Assembly: GCA_963703315.1 (NCBI GenBank)
Contig: OY969811.1
Coordinates: forward strand, 4,256,001 to 4,320,000
DNA from: an uncultured cyanobacterium
GTDB taxonomy: Bacteria > Cyanobacteriota > Cyanobacteriia > Pseudanabaenales > Pseudanabaenaceae
Length of the DNA: 64,000 bases
Reading direction: 5' to 3'
Below the pieces are notes generated by a model, which was not told the DNA's origin, searched no databases, and saw nothing but the letters and a program-made list of their open reading frames with translations. Below, in pieces: positions 19,354 to 29,156 of the stretch. Positions within the stretch are counted from its first letter, which is position 1. Each line of letters starts with the position of its first letter. A program made the translations under genes and the position numbers.

Positions 19354-19728
19354 ATGACCTTTAACTTCCACGCCCCCGTAGGACAAGTCATCGCAGGCGA
19401 TCAAACCGTCACAGGCGACAACATCGGCACACAAAACAACTACTACGGCACAGACGACCCCAACACACAACAACTAGCCAACGAACTAGTTGAAATCCTG
19501 CAAGGAATCGTCCCCCAAATCTCCGATCCCACCAGCGAAGCAGGCAAAGAAATCATCACCGCCGCCGCAATGGAAGAGATAGAAAACAAACCAACCCTTA
19601 AAGATCGTCTAGTTGCTGCATTTAAAGCAGGTGCATTTGAAGCCATCAAAAAAATTGCCAAAAATGACTTTGTGGAAGTCTTCCTTACCGCCTTCAAAGC
19701 AGGACTTGAAGCCAAACCTAAAAAGTGA
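19354..19728 (+). CDS. Small protein with N-terminal G/N/Q-rich motif and helical C-terminal domain (putative NLR partner/effector)
   Basis: 124-aa ORF 32 nt after the NACHT gene; N-terminus matches the NACHT C-terminal tail. Confidence 0.8.
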   Translation: MTFNFHAPVGQVIAGDQTVTGDNIGTQNNYYGTDDPNTQQLANELVEILQGIVPQISDPTSEAGKEIITAAAMEEIENKPTLKDRLVAAFKAGAFEAIKKIAKNDFVEVFLTAFKAGLEAKPKK

Positions 19729-19795
19729 AATTACTGTTCCACATATCAGCAACATCACAGAGCAAAACTGATGACAGTTTAGAGAGCAAAACCAC

Positions 19796-20089
19796 ATGAA
19801 AACAGCAACCATCTCCCGCCATGTCACCCGCAACCCTGAAGTCCTCTCAGGCGAACCAATTATCGATGGAACCAGAACACCCGTTAGAGCGATCGTCGAA
19901 AATTGGCGCTTAGGAGTTAGACCAGAAGAAATTCCATTACATTTACCCCACCTCAATCTCGCGCAAATCTTTGATGCCCTTAGCTTTTACCTAGACAATC
20001 AAGCAGAAATCAACGAATACATCGAACGCAACCACGTTCCCGATGAGCTAGTACATCCACTTATCAAAGCTAGACTAAATCAAAGATGA
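19796..20089 (+). CDS. DUF433 family antitoxin
   Basis: NPEVLSGEPIIDGTRTPV..ALSFYLDN. Confidence 0.88.
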   Translation: MKTATISRHVTRNPEVLSGEPIIDGTRTPVRAIVENWRLGVRPEEIPLHLPHLNLAQIFDALSFYLDNQAEINEYIERNHVPDELVHPLIKARLNQR

Positions 20090-20430
20090 CTATTTTTGCT
20101 CAAGTTTATATTGATGAAGATGTGGATATTCTAGTTGCCACCCTACTCATCGCTAGAGGATTGGACGCAACCACAGCAAGACAGCAGAGAACCTTAGGCG
20201 AACTCGATCCCCAACAACTAGCTTTTGCAGCATCAATGGGGCGTTGTATGCTGACCCACAACCGACTCGATTTTGAGAAACTACATACGAGTTATGTCTT
20301 GAATAACCAGACACACGCAGGAATCATAATCGCAAAACGGAGAAATCCCTATGAAATTGCCGAAAGGGTTGCCATGCTTCTTGATACCTTGACAGCCGAT
20401 GAAATTGCGAATCAATTGCTTTACATTTAA
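20086..20430 (+). CDS. DUF5615 PIN-like toxin
   Basis: YIDEDV, LTHNRLDF, HAGII; ATGA overlap with the DUF433 gene. Confidence 0.85.
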   Translation: MTIFAQVYIDEDVDILVATLLIARGLDATTARQQRTLGELDPQQLAFAASMGRCMLTHNRLDFEKLHTSYVLNNQTHAGIIIAKRRNPYEIAERVAMLLDTLTADEIANQLLYI

Positions 20431-20492
20431 GGCGATCGCCACATCAATATATAAATCCAACACTATACTGTAAAGATTAATCAGGAGGACTG

Positions 20493-20816
20493 ATGAACTT
20501 AACCGAATCAGCAAATACTTCCATGAAAACGTTTTCTCTACAAGTACAAAAAGAAGGACAAATTAACATTCCTCAAGATGTGCTAAACACCCTGCAAACC
20601 CACGAAGGACAAACCCTCATCCTGCTCCAAATCGGTGAATTTGCCGTAATTGTCCCCAGAATCCCCCAAGTTACAACACTGACAGAAAACTTTGTATCCT
20701 TAATGAATGCAAGTAATGTCACCGTCGATGAACTGTTAGAAGGGCTACAAGAAGAACGTCAAGCAATTTGGCAAGAGCAACAAGAAATTCGCTCAATTCT
20801 TACCCAAGAACTTTAA
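20493..20816 (+). CDS. AbrB/MazE-like DNA-binding protein (antitoxin-like)
   Basis: VQKEGQINIP N-terminal swapped-hairpin pattern. Confidence 0.6.
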   Translation: MNLTESANTSMKTFSLQVQKEGQINIPQDVLNTLQTHEGQTLILLQIGEFAVIVPRIPQVTTLTENFVSLMNASNVTVDELLEGLQEERQAIWQEQQEIRSILTQEL

Positions 20817-20824
20817 AATTAAAC

Positions 20825-21517
20825 ATGACAAATGCAGCCCAACTTCAAAACCTTCCAGCCTATACAGTAGCCGATGCCGCTCGTTACCTGCGGATTCCAT
20901 CGGGTACATTACAAGCTTGGCTACATGGGCGTACCTACAACACCAAAGACGGACAACAATTTTCCGCACCCCTCATCCAGCGCCCTAGCACCGAATTTTC
21001 ACAACTCTCATTTATCAACCTCGTAGAAGCCCATGTATTACGAGTGATTCGCCAAGACCACAATATCCGCCTAGACAAAGTTCGCACCGCCCTTGACTAC
21101 ATCGAACGTGAATTTGCTACCCCACATCCCCTCGCAAGCATCGACTTCCAGACCGATGGCGTAAACCTCTTTGTCGAATCTGTAGGAAAACTGATTAACG
21201 CCTCCGAAAATGGACAGTTAGCCATGCGTCAAACCCTTAACCAACTCCTCAAACGCATCGAATACGATCGCCAAGTTGCCATTCGCCTATTCCCCAACCT
21301 GCGCCCCAATCAATCTGATAGCCCAAAAATTCTCGTCTTCGATCCCGCCGTATCCTTTGGGCGTTTAGCGATCGCTGATACAGGCATTCCCACATCCATC
21401 GTTGTCGAACGCTATCGAGCAGGAGATTCAATCGATTTACTTGCTGAAGACTACGGCTGCACAAGACTCCAAATCGAAGAAGCGATCCGCTACGAACTCC
21501 CTCCTCAAATTGCGTGA
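20825..21517 (+). CDS. HTH + DUF433 antitoxin (VapB45-like)
   Basis: YTVADAARYLRIP HTH, LSFINLVEAHVL, DPAVSFGR, IEEAIRYE; start at MTNAAQ. Confidence 0.85.
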   Translation: MTNAAQLQNLPAYTVADAARYLRIPSGTLQAWLHGRTYNTKDGQQFSAPLIQRPSTEFSQLSFINLVEAHVLRVIRQDHNIRLDKVRTALDYIEREFATPHPLASIDFQTDGVNLFVESVGKLINASENGQLAMRQTLNQLLKRIEYDRQVAIRLFPNLRPNQSDSPKILVFDPAVSFGRLAIADTGIPTSIVVERYRAGDSIDLLAEDYGCTRLQIEEAIRYELPPQIA

Positions 21518-21957
21518 ACAAGAAAAATACCGATAAGCCGATCTTTTTTGTAGATAGAGCCTTAGGCAAAAATCTAGTCAAAATCTTACGGAACTCAGGC
21601 GCAAATGCCGAAGCGCATATCAAGCATTTTGCCCCCAATTCTCCAGATGTCGAATGGTTGCCCGAAGTCAGCCTCAGAGGATGGATTGTCTTGACTAAAG
21701 ATGCCAATCTGGGACGTACACCCTCTGAGCAAATAGCGATCGCCAGTTCTAATGCAAGAGTTTTTGTTTTAGCGATCGGTGATGCCAGTGGTGAAGAAAT
21801 GGCACAAACTTTTATTCAGGCTTTAGACAGCATCGAGAGATTCATCAAGGGAAATCAATCCCCTTTCATCGCAAAAGTTTATCAAAACAGCAGAGTTTCA
21901 ATCTGGCAAAACCACACAAAACTTTTGAAGATGCTACAACGATCTAATGAGTTGTAA
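21514..21957 (+). CDS. PIN-like toxin (VapC45-like)
   Basis: FFVDRALG, PDVEWL, WIVLTKD; GTGA overlap with the upstream gene. Confidence 0.85.
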   Translation: MNKKNTDKPIFFVDRALGKNLVKILRNSGANAEAHIKHFAPNSPDVEWLPEVSLRGWIVLTKDANLGRTPSEQIAIASSNARVFVLAIGDASGEEMAQTFIQALDSIERFIKGNQSPFIAKVYQNSRVSIWQNHTKLLKMLQRSNEL

Positions 21958-22161
21958 AGATATAACGAGAACTTCCCAGTGCCTTTGACAGCCGATGAAA
22001 TTGCTAATCAAAACTCAAGACGATGTAGAGAATGAGTTAATTTTTGACACTGTGCGCGATCGCTATCAACTAATGCGTATTGGCTGGAAAGGCTTGAAGC
22101 AGGTCGTTCTGCATTTTGATATAACCAGCAGATAATGTCGGTGCAAAGCACCGACATTATC

Positions 22162-22635
22162 CTACTTGGATCTTTGAGATCTGAGAAAGCCACTGATTGT
22201 TAGAAAAGTCTTGTTATTACCAAGAAACTCTTTCTTTTCGTCATCATCGACCGTACCCACAAGACTGTTAAACGCACCAATCGCAGCATTAAACTTATCT
22301 ATATCAATAGAAACTGAACCCTGTTGAATCGATGGTCTACCATTAGCATCAAGAGGAATTAAGGCGATGACTTGATCAACTAAGTTCGCTAATAGTTGTT
22401 CATTGATACCTGCACCTTTTAATGAATTAAGCACATTATCTCTAGAACCTAGTTCTATTAAAGCATTGAGTTCAGCTAGGGAAATGTTGAGTAGAGTAGT
22501 TTTGATAGAACCAGAACCAAAGGGACTATTAGATGTTGAGGTTCCGGGACTAATCGGAGTTGTCCCAGCCATAGCAGGTAAAACACTGCTAAAGCTAAGG
22601 AATGAGGCGAATACAACTGATAATGTCTTTCTCAT
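22162..22635 (-). CDS. Hypothetical secreted protein
   Basis: Signal peptide ending PAMA; directly downstream of 22703-23812. Confidence 0.7.
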   Translation of the reverse strand: MRKTLSVVFASFLSFSSVLPAMAGTTPISPGTSTSNSPFGSGSIKTTLLNISLAELNALIELGSRDNVLNSLKGAGINEQLLANLVDQVIALIPLDANGRPSIQQGSVSIDIDKFNAAIGAFNSLVGTVDDDEKKEFLGNNKTFLTISGFLRSQRSK

Positions 22636-22702
22636 AGAAAATGACCTATAGACCTATATTGTTTCAATCGTGGAAGATAAATCTCTTATATTTATCTGCT
22701 CT

Positions 22703-23812
22703 TTATCTGCGCCCAAGATAATTAAATCCATAGGTAACGCCTAAAATAACCTGAGTGCCAGCATCACTGTTGTTAGTGATATCGGAGTAGGTCAAATTAA
22801 TATTTAGTGGTAATGAGCGATCGGGTAGGAATCCAACAGAAAAATTGAGTCCTTGTCCAGACCAAGCAGTACTGACACCCCACTGTGGATCTACTAGATA
22901 GCCAAGACTGCCGAAAACACCTAAACCACCATTGCTGTCTGATCTGCGATAGGTTCCGCCACCGACACCAGCCGAAAAAATCAAAGGCTTAGGATTATCT
23001 TTATCTTCAGGATTGGTGATCCGTGAAAGTGTCGCCACTCCATAGACCGAGGATGGAGTACCACCTGCATTACTGCCATAGTTTGCGAAGTTTGTCCAAC
23101 CGACAGCAAGCCCAACTTGGTTCTCTGTATCTCCATAAATCACTTTATGAACCTTCAGATCGAACGAACCATTTTCGGCAAATCTACGGATACTGTTGAT
23201 GTTAAATACACCTTCAACTGCAAAATACTGATTTGCATCACCTAAACCAGTACCTAGAGAAATACTGCCATCAACATTATCTCTCAGTCTACCTGCGGTT
23301 GCTCCAAAAACACCGATAAACCCATCACCAGTTTCTAAACCAAATCCACTAGGTGTCCCTGCATTTAATCCAGGAAGGTATGAAGGCTTAACAGAAATCG
23401 GTGTGATCTTCAGAAATGGCGAAATAGATGTGGGTGACGCTTGAGTGAGTCTGATATTGTTTTGAGCAGATTCCATTAGATCACTGTTGGGCTGAGCAGA
23501 AATCGTAATAGAAGAACTAGTCTTAAAGTCGAGATGAGAAGGAGCTTTCAGATCCTTTGCAGAATCAGGAAGTCTATTACTTAGAGGGGGTTTGGTAGTA
23601 TTCTTTGCCGTGCTTTTAGCAGTGCTGGTATTAGAACCCTTCTTATTTGGCATTTGGGTATTGCCAGATTGTTTGGTAGTAGAGTTGACTACCTTTTTAT
23701 TAGTAATTTTGGGCTGTGCGGAGACATTGTTTTGAGCGATCGCGCTCATGCCAATGATTGCTCCTGCAAAGGTCAGCATCAATTTATTGATTGTCAAGAT
23801 TCCCTTCGACAT
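22703..23812 (-). CDS. Putative outer-membrane beta-barrel protein
   Basis: Signal peptide, low-complexity linker, Gly/aromatic alternating strands ending YGFNY. Confidence 0.6.
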   Translation of the reverse strand: MSKGILTINKLMLTFAGAIIGMSAIAQNNVSAQPKITNKKVVNSTTKQSGNTQMPNKKGSNTSTAKSTAKNTTKPPLSNRLPDSAKDLKAPSHLDFKTSSSITISAQPNSDLMESAQNNIRLTQASPTSISPFLKITPISVKPSYLPGLNAGTPSGFGLETGDGFIGVFGATAGRLRDNVDGSISLGTGLGDANQYFAVEGVFNINSIRRFAENGSFDLKVHKVIYGDTENQVGLAVGWTNFANYGSNAGGTPSSVYGVATLSRITNPEDKDNPKPLIFSAGVGGGTYRRSDSNGGLGVFGSLGYLVDPQWGVSTAWSGQGLNFSVGFLPDRSLPLNINLTYSDITNNSDAGTQVILGVTYGFNYLGRR

Positions 23813-24217
23813 TTATACATTCCTCATCCATAAGATATAGCGAATTGAGAATGAGTATGTACGCATTCTCAAACCAAAAAATTAATTACAGTGTCGGTTG
23901 TGGGATTTTCATGTTGTCGTAAACAACATGAAAGTCGCGATAACTTGGCTGAATTTATGGAAATCGTGCAATCTTAGGCTTCAATCACTCACTCTCAAAA
24001 AGCGATCGCTTTTTTTAACAACAACACAAAAATAAAACTTTTTTAAGATTTCAGCACGAATTCTTTTGCCATAGAGGTTTTCAATGATACATGATCATCT
24101 TGTAAATAGTTGTTTTTTCCGTAACTTTCAAAAGTTTAATATAAGGAATCAGACTTTTTGTAGCGTGGTTTTGCCGCGCTACAAAAAGTGTAAATCGCAG
24201 AACCCTAACGGTATTTC

Positions 24218-24895
24218 ATGTCTGAACTTAAACCTGAAGCAATCAGCAAGACGATCGCCGATCGCATTCATCAACTTCGCGCTAATATTCCTGCCCATGT
24301 CAAACTCGTCGCTGTTAGCAAATACACCACTACTGAAGCGATTCGGGTTGCTTACGATGCAGGAATTAGAGACTTTGGTGAATCGCGGGTACAGGAGTCC
24401 AAACTTAAGCAAGCAGAATTGGCAGATTTAACCGATATCACTTGGCACATGATCGGTAGTTTACAAAGCAATAAGGCAAAACAAGCGATCGCCCAATTTG
24501 ATTGGATTCATTCCATCGATCGCCTCAGTCTTGCCGAACAATGCGATCGCCTCATTCCTGAACTTGGCAAATCTCCAAAGCTATTGTTGCAAGTTAAGCT
24601 AGCCGACGATCCTACTAAATCTGGTTGGTCAGCATCAGAACTATTAGCTGATTTACCCCAATTAACCAAATTACAAAATCTCAACATCGTGGGGCTGATG
24701 ACCATTTTGCCTCTGGGCTTAAATGATGAGCAAGCTTACCAAGTTTTTCATAGTGCGGCTAATTTGACCGAGAAACTGCGATCGCTTGGTTGGAGTAATA
24801 TCCATGAACTCTCGATGGGAATGTCGGCGGACTATGCGATCGCTATCAAAGCTGGCGCAACTATGATTAGGGTCGGCAGCCAAATTTTCAAATAA
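24218..24895 (+). CDS. yggS: PLP homeostasis protein YggS/PipY
   Basis: LVAVSK, DFGESRVQE, WHMIGSLQSNK, LSMGMSADY, GATMIRVG. Confidence 0.96.
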   Translation: MSELKPEAISKTIADRIHQLRANIPAHVKLVAVSKYTTTEAIRVAYDAGIRDFGESRVQESKLKQAELADLTDITWHMIGSLQSNKAKQAIAQFDWIHSIDRLSLAEQCDRLIPELGKSPKLLLQVKLADDPTKSGWSASELLADLPQLTKLQNLNIVGLMTILPLGLNDEQAYQVFHSAANLTEKLRSLGWSNIHELSMGMSADYAIAIKAGATMIRVGSQIFK

Positions 24896-24931
24896 ATAAG
24901 CCGCCTTACGGCGGCTTATTTATTTGAAAAT
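24884..24931. terminator. Perfect 22-bp-arm inverted repeat spanning both stop codons (bidirectional terminator)
   Basis: attttcaaataaataagccgcc-ttac-ggcggcttatttatttgaaaat. Confidence 0.75.
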
Positions 24932-25351
24932 ATAGACTTTGCTAAATCCGTAGGTCACTACTGAGGCAATTAGTGAGGCAATCACAAAGGCGATCGTATC
25001 TCGAAATTGGGCTAGTATCGTGAAAGGGAATAGTAAATAACGAATTAAGAGGGAAGAAGCGATCGTTACTCCCATCCCCACTAACTGTACTAATGTGTAG
25101 TAAGTGAATTTATACTTAAATGAACGGAGTTGCTTTTTTCGAGTTTGAAATGTAAAGCGACTCTGCAAAAAGTAACTCAGACCAAGACCAATTACATAGA
25201 CGATCGCCACTGACATTACATACTCACCAGTTGAACCCTCTAAAAATCTGCCAATCACATCGCGCAGCACAATTGATACCAACGTCACAAAGCCCCCAAC
25301 CACAAAGTAGACGGGATATCGAGAGAATATATTCAAAAATTTACGCTTCAT
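24920..25351 (-). CDS. GtrA family flippase-like membrane protein
   Basis: Four hydrophobic helices; YFVVGG..T, SY.LQSRFTF, terminal YIFK. Confidence 0.8.
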   Translation of the reverse strand: MKRKFLNIFSRYPVYFVVGGFVTLVSIVLRDVIGRFLEGSTGEYVMSVAIVYVIGLGLSYFLQSRFTFQTRKKQLRSFKYKFTYYTLVQLVGMGVTIASSLLIRYLLFPFTILAQFRDTIAFVIASLIASVVTYGFSKVYIFK

Positions 25352-26131
25352 TATTTATTTCTAGGGTTGCCAGATATCCTCAAACCTGATATAAGTTTTA
25401 GCGTTCGCACTTAGCAGTAAGCTTCTATATGCAGCGCTAGAGTCTAGTTGCAAATCTTACAAGGTCTGCTTACAAGTCAAATAAACCTTAAGAAATGCAT
25501 TGCTTGACAACTGTTTTTGTAGCCTAGAATACTCTAATCACAAATAAAAATAGTAATGCGATTCAGATCGTCAATTATGTGATAGATGACTACTCAATTT
25601 AATGTTGCTATTGCAATAATTACCGACGAATAGTGATTAGTCGGTTTGGTAAACTATGCCTTTAACTAAGTTTTGATTTTGATATCACATATTCAATCAC
25701 CATCATTTAGACTCACATAGACGCTCTTAATGAGCATCTATTGAAATTAGTAAAAACCTCATTAGTAGGCGAGTTTGCCTAATTATAAAAAACTTGTTAA
25801 GCCTTAAAAAGCTATCTGCATAGGTAATTAGTTTGCCGAAGTAGTTAAGTCCTAGATATGGCAAGGCTTTGTCAAATAAAAGTCGTATTTTGTCGTATTA
25901 AAAAAAATTAACAAGTGTATCTAGCTTTTTTTCCTGTTATCGGTTACAGTCTGCGAGTAAATATTTTGTCAATACTGTTTTGGACTGTAGAGACAATTCA
26001 ACATAACTAGACAAAGTAATCTTTTGCTTGATTAGATTGCTTTATTAGAGCGCACTCCTCATCTAGTCTAGAAGTATGATGTTTCGGTTTACAAGCCAAA
26101 ACTGAGGAGCAAACACTAGGAGTTAATTACG

Positions 26132-26719
26132 ATGGGAATTTTTACAAAGCTCAAGGATTTCGTTGGTTTGACTGAAGCTCAAGAGTATGAATATGAGTAC
26201 GATGAAGCCTCCAGTAATGAATACCAAGGACTTTATCAAGAAGAAAATGGCGCGATTGCTCAAGAACCTGAAGAGCCACAAGCTCGCCGTACCCGTGAGC
26301 GCCCTACTACATCTTTAAGATCTAATTCTGATGGTTTGAGCAATGTAATCGGTATGCCTGGCGCTGCAAATGGTTTGTCCCAAGTGATGGTGATGGAGCC
26401 TCGCAGCTTTGAAGAAATGCCCCAAGCAATCCAAGCATTGCGCGAACGTAAATCAGTAGTTCTCAACCTCACCATGATGGACCCTGATCAAGCGCAACGT
26501 GCAGTTGACTTCGTTGCTGGTGGTACTTATGCCCTTGATGGACATCAAGAACGGATTGGCGACAGCATTTTCTTGTTCGCTCCTTCTTGTGTTCAAGTCA
26601 CATCCCAGTCTTCTGTGCTAAATGATGCACCTATGCCTCAGCCTCGCGTAGTCCGTCCTACCGCAGCACCCGCTCCTGCATGGGCATCAGAAGCATCCGT
26701 GAGCCGTTTTGCTCAATAA
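26132..26719 (+). CDS. sepF: Cell division protein SepF
   Basis: [43 protein letters not shown]. Confidence 0.97.
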   Translation: MGIFTKLKDFVGLTEAQEYEYEYDEASSNEYQGLYQEENGAIAQEPEEPQARRTRERPTTSLRSNSDGLSNVIGMPGAANGLSQVMVMEPRSFEEMPQAIQALRERKSVVLNLTMMDPDQAQRAVDFVAGGTYALDGHQERIGDSIFLFAPSCVQVTSQSSVLNDAPMPQPRVVRPTAAPAPAWASEASVSRFAQ

Positions 26720-26829
26720 CAGGATCACCAACTAACTATCGCCGTTATGTCTAAGAACAATCTCAACCCAGAATGTAGATGCGCGGCGCTTAGCGCTGCA
26801 TCTGCATTATTCTGGGTTTGTTGTAGTTA

Positions 26830-27639
26830 GTGATTGGTGAATTCTTGAAAGCTCAACTTGGTATTGTCGGCGGTGGTGTCATGGGTGAGGCAATTTTGTC
26901 TCGTCTTGTCACTAGTGGCGTTTATCTAGCAACCGATATCTGTGTCAGTGATCCGATGCCAGAGCGTCGTGATCTCTTAGCAAAAAAATATGGCGTGCAA
27001 GTTACGCCAAACAATTTAGTGGCGGCGGAAGCAGAGGTGATGCTTTTAGCCGTTAAGCCGCAATCATTGAATATCGCGGCGATTGGTTTAGCAGATGCTC
27101 CTGCGCCTTGTATTGTGTCGATTTTGGCTGGGGTAACCTTGGCACAACTAGAGGTGATGTTTCCCTCGAAGTCGATTATTCGAGCGATGCCCAATACACC
27201 AGCACAGGTAGGTGCGGGAGTAACTGCGATCGCTGCTAATGCATCAGTCACCCCAGCCCAACTAGTGGCTGGTAAAAAAATTTTTGAGGCGGTTGGCACA
27301 GTGGTCGAAGTGTCTGAATCGCTGATGAATGCCGTCACAGGACTATCGGGTTCGGGACCTGCCTATGTGGCGGTGATGATTGAAGCAATGGCAGATGGTG
27401 GTGTTGCCGCAGGTTTGCCCAGAGCGATCGCCTTTCAACTTGCCACCCAAACGGTTTTAGGGACAGCGCAATTATTAACCGAAACTAAGCTCCATCCTGC
27501 TCAGCTAAAGGATCAAGTTACTAGTCCAGCAGGGACGACTATTGCCGCGATCGCTCAGTTAGAAAAAGCAGGCTTGCGTTCCGCTATGATAGAAGCTGTA
27601 CTTGCTGCAACCCGTCGTGCGGAAGAATTAGGCAAGTAG
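26830..27639 (+). CDS. proC: Pyrroline-5-carboxylate reductase
   Basis: GGGVMG, LAVKPQ, RAMPNTP, GLSGSGPAY, VTSPAGTT. Confidence 0.97.
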   Translation: MIGEFLKAQLGIVGGGVMGEAILSRLVTSGVYLATDICVSDPMPERRDLLAKKYGVQVTPNNLVAAEAEVMLLAVKPQSLNIAAIGLADAPAPCIVSILAGVTLAQLEVMFPSKSIIRAMPNTPAQVGAGVTAIAANASVTPAQLVAGKKIFEAVGTVVEVSESLMNAVTGLSGSGPAYVAVMIEAMADGGVAAGLPRAIAFQLATQTVLGTAQLLTETKLHPAQLKDQVTSPAGTTIAAIAQLEKAGLRSAMIEAVLAATRRAEELGK

Positions 27640-27704
27640 TAAATATTTTTCAGAGTATTGCTCAGCAATGCTCTGAAGGCTGATCAAATTGGGAGTTAGA
27701 GGTT

Positions 27705-28742
27705 TTGGATTATCGTCAAGCGGGTGTAGACATCGAAGCAGGTCGTACCTTCGTTGAAAAAATTCGCGATTCTGTAGCGAGAACCCATCGTCTAGGCGTA
27801 TTAGGCGATCTTGGTGGGTTTGGCGGTTGCTTTGAACTGCCCACAGGCTATCGACAACCCGTACTCGTTTCAGGTACAGACGGCGTTGGTACAAAGCTAA
27901 AAATTGCTCAGGCAGCCAATAAACACGACACGATCGGCATTGATCTAGTCGCCATGTGTGTCAACGATGTGCTGACCTCTGGAGCAGAACCATTATTTTT
28001 CTTAGATTATTTAGCAACTGGTAAGCTGGAACCCGATCAACTGGCGGAAGTAGTGAAGGGCATCGCCGATGGTTGTCAAATGGCAGGTTGTGCGCTCCTC
28101 GGTGGTGAAACGGCGGAAATGCCCGGCTTTTATGGTGTCGGTGAGTATGACGCGGCGGGCTTTTGTGTGGCGATCGCTGAAAAGTCAGAAATGCTCAATG
28201 GTACGCAGGTCAACATTGGCGATGTGGTGATTGGTCTAGCAAGTTCGGGCATTCATAGCAATGGTTATAGCCTTGTTCGCAAGATTATTGAGACTAAACA
28301 TTATAGCTGGGGCGCGAAGTTAGAAATTCCCATCTCGCCTGAAACTCAAGATTTAACTTTAGCCGAGATTTTTCTGACCCCAACTCAAATTTATGTAAAG
28401 CCAGTTTTAGCGGCGTTAAAGGCTAATTTAGGTATTCACGGACTTGCCCATATTACGGGTGGTGGCTTGCCTGAAAACTTGCCTCGTTGCCTCGGTGATG
28501 GTCAAGCCGTCCAAATCTTCCGTAATAGTTGGCAAATTCCCGCCCTCTTCCAATGGCTTCAGTCTGAGGGAGAAGTTCCTGAAACAGATATGTTCAATAC
28601 TTTCAATATGGGCATCGGTTTAGCTGTGGTGGTTGATCCCCAGAAAGTTGATGAGGCGATCGCCTATTTTCAAGCTCAAGGATTTACAACTAATCGCATC
28701 GGTGAAGTCATCGCAGGATCGCGATCGCTAATATTCGTGTAA
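27705..28742 (+). CDS. purM: Phosphoribosylformylglycinamidine cyclo-ligase
   Basis: [43 protein letters not shown] start. Confidence 0.98.
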   Translation: MDYRQAGVDIEAGRTFVEKIRDSVARTHRLGVLGDLGGFGGCFELPTGYRQPVLVSGTDGVGTKLKIAQAANKHDTIGIDLVAMCVNDVLTSGAEPLFFLDYLATGKLEPDQLAEVVKGIADGCQMAGCALLGGETAEMPGFYGVGEYDAAGFCVAIAEKSEMLNGTQVNIGDVVIGLASSGIHSNGYSLVRKIIETKHYSWGAKLEIPISPETQDLTLAEIFLTPTQIYVKPVLAALKANLGIHGLAHITGGGLPENLPRCLGDGQAVQIFRNSWQIPALFQWLQSEGEVPETDMFNTFNMGIGLAVVVDPQKVDEAIAYFQAQGFTTNRIGEVIAGSRSLIFV

Positions 28743-28773
28743 AAAAAAGGGGGCGCGTTTCGCCCCCTTTTTT
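28742..28773 (+). terminator. Intrinsic terminator after purM
   Basis: aaaaaaagggggcg..cgccccctttttt. Confidence 0.75.
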
Positions 28774-28851
28774 ATGTGTAGGATAGTAGTCAAGATTGCT
28801 AATTGTATTGAGGAAATCTTCATGCTCGAAGTGCAGTTAGAACAAAATTAA

Positions 28852-29001
28852 CTAGATGAAGCGGTTCAAAAAGGTTTTCGACAAGGAATTAATTTGGTTT
28901 TACGAGAAACACCCTTGGATATTGATGATTTGCCGAAAGAATGTCCCTATGCGATCGGGCAAATCCTCGACCCCCAGTTTCCTTTTGAGTCCTCAACATG
29001 A
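28852..29001 (+). pseudogene. C-terminal remnant of a DUF29 family gene
   Basis: Translates LDEAVQKGFRQGINLVLRETPLDIDDLPKECPYAIGQILDPQF; no N-terminal part. Confidence 0.7.
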
Positions 29002-29156
29002 AAGGGTTTTTAGCGCTCTCACATGATTAAATAACTGGCTGGATGGTCAGTATATAATTGAATATCTTCTTCTATTTTTAGATGTTCTGCTGAATTCCAT
29101 TTGTAAAATAAAGTTTTTATAACAGCTATAATGAGTTTAATGAAATTCAAGAGGGT

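Noticed and set aside
25504..25533. Sigma70 promoter TTGACA..TAGAAT
   Set aside because: The spacer is only 15 bp; cannot be supported without TSS data.
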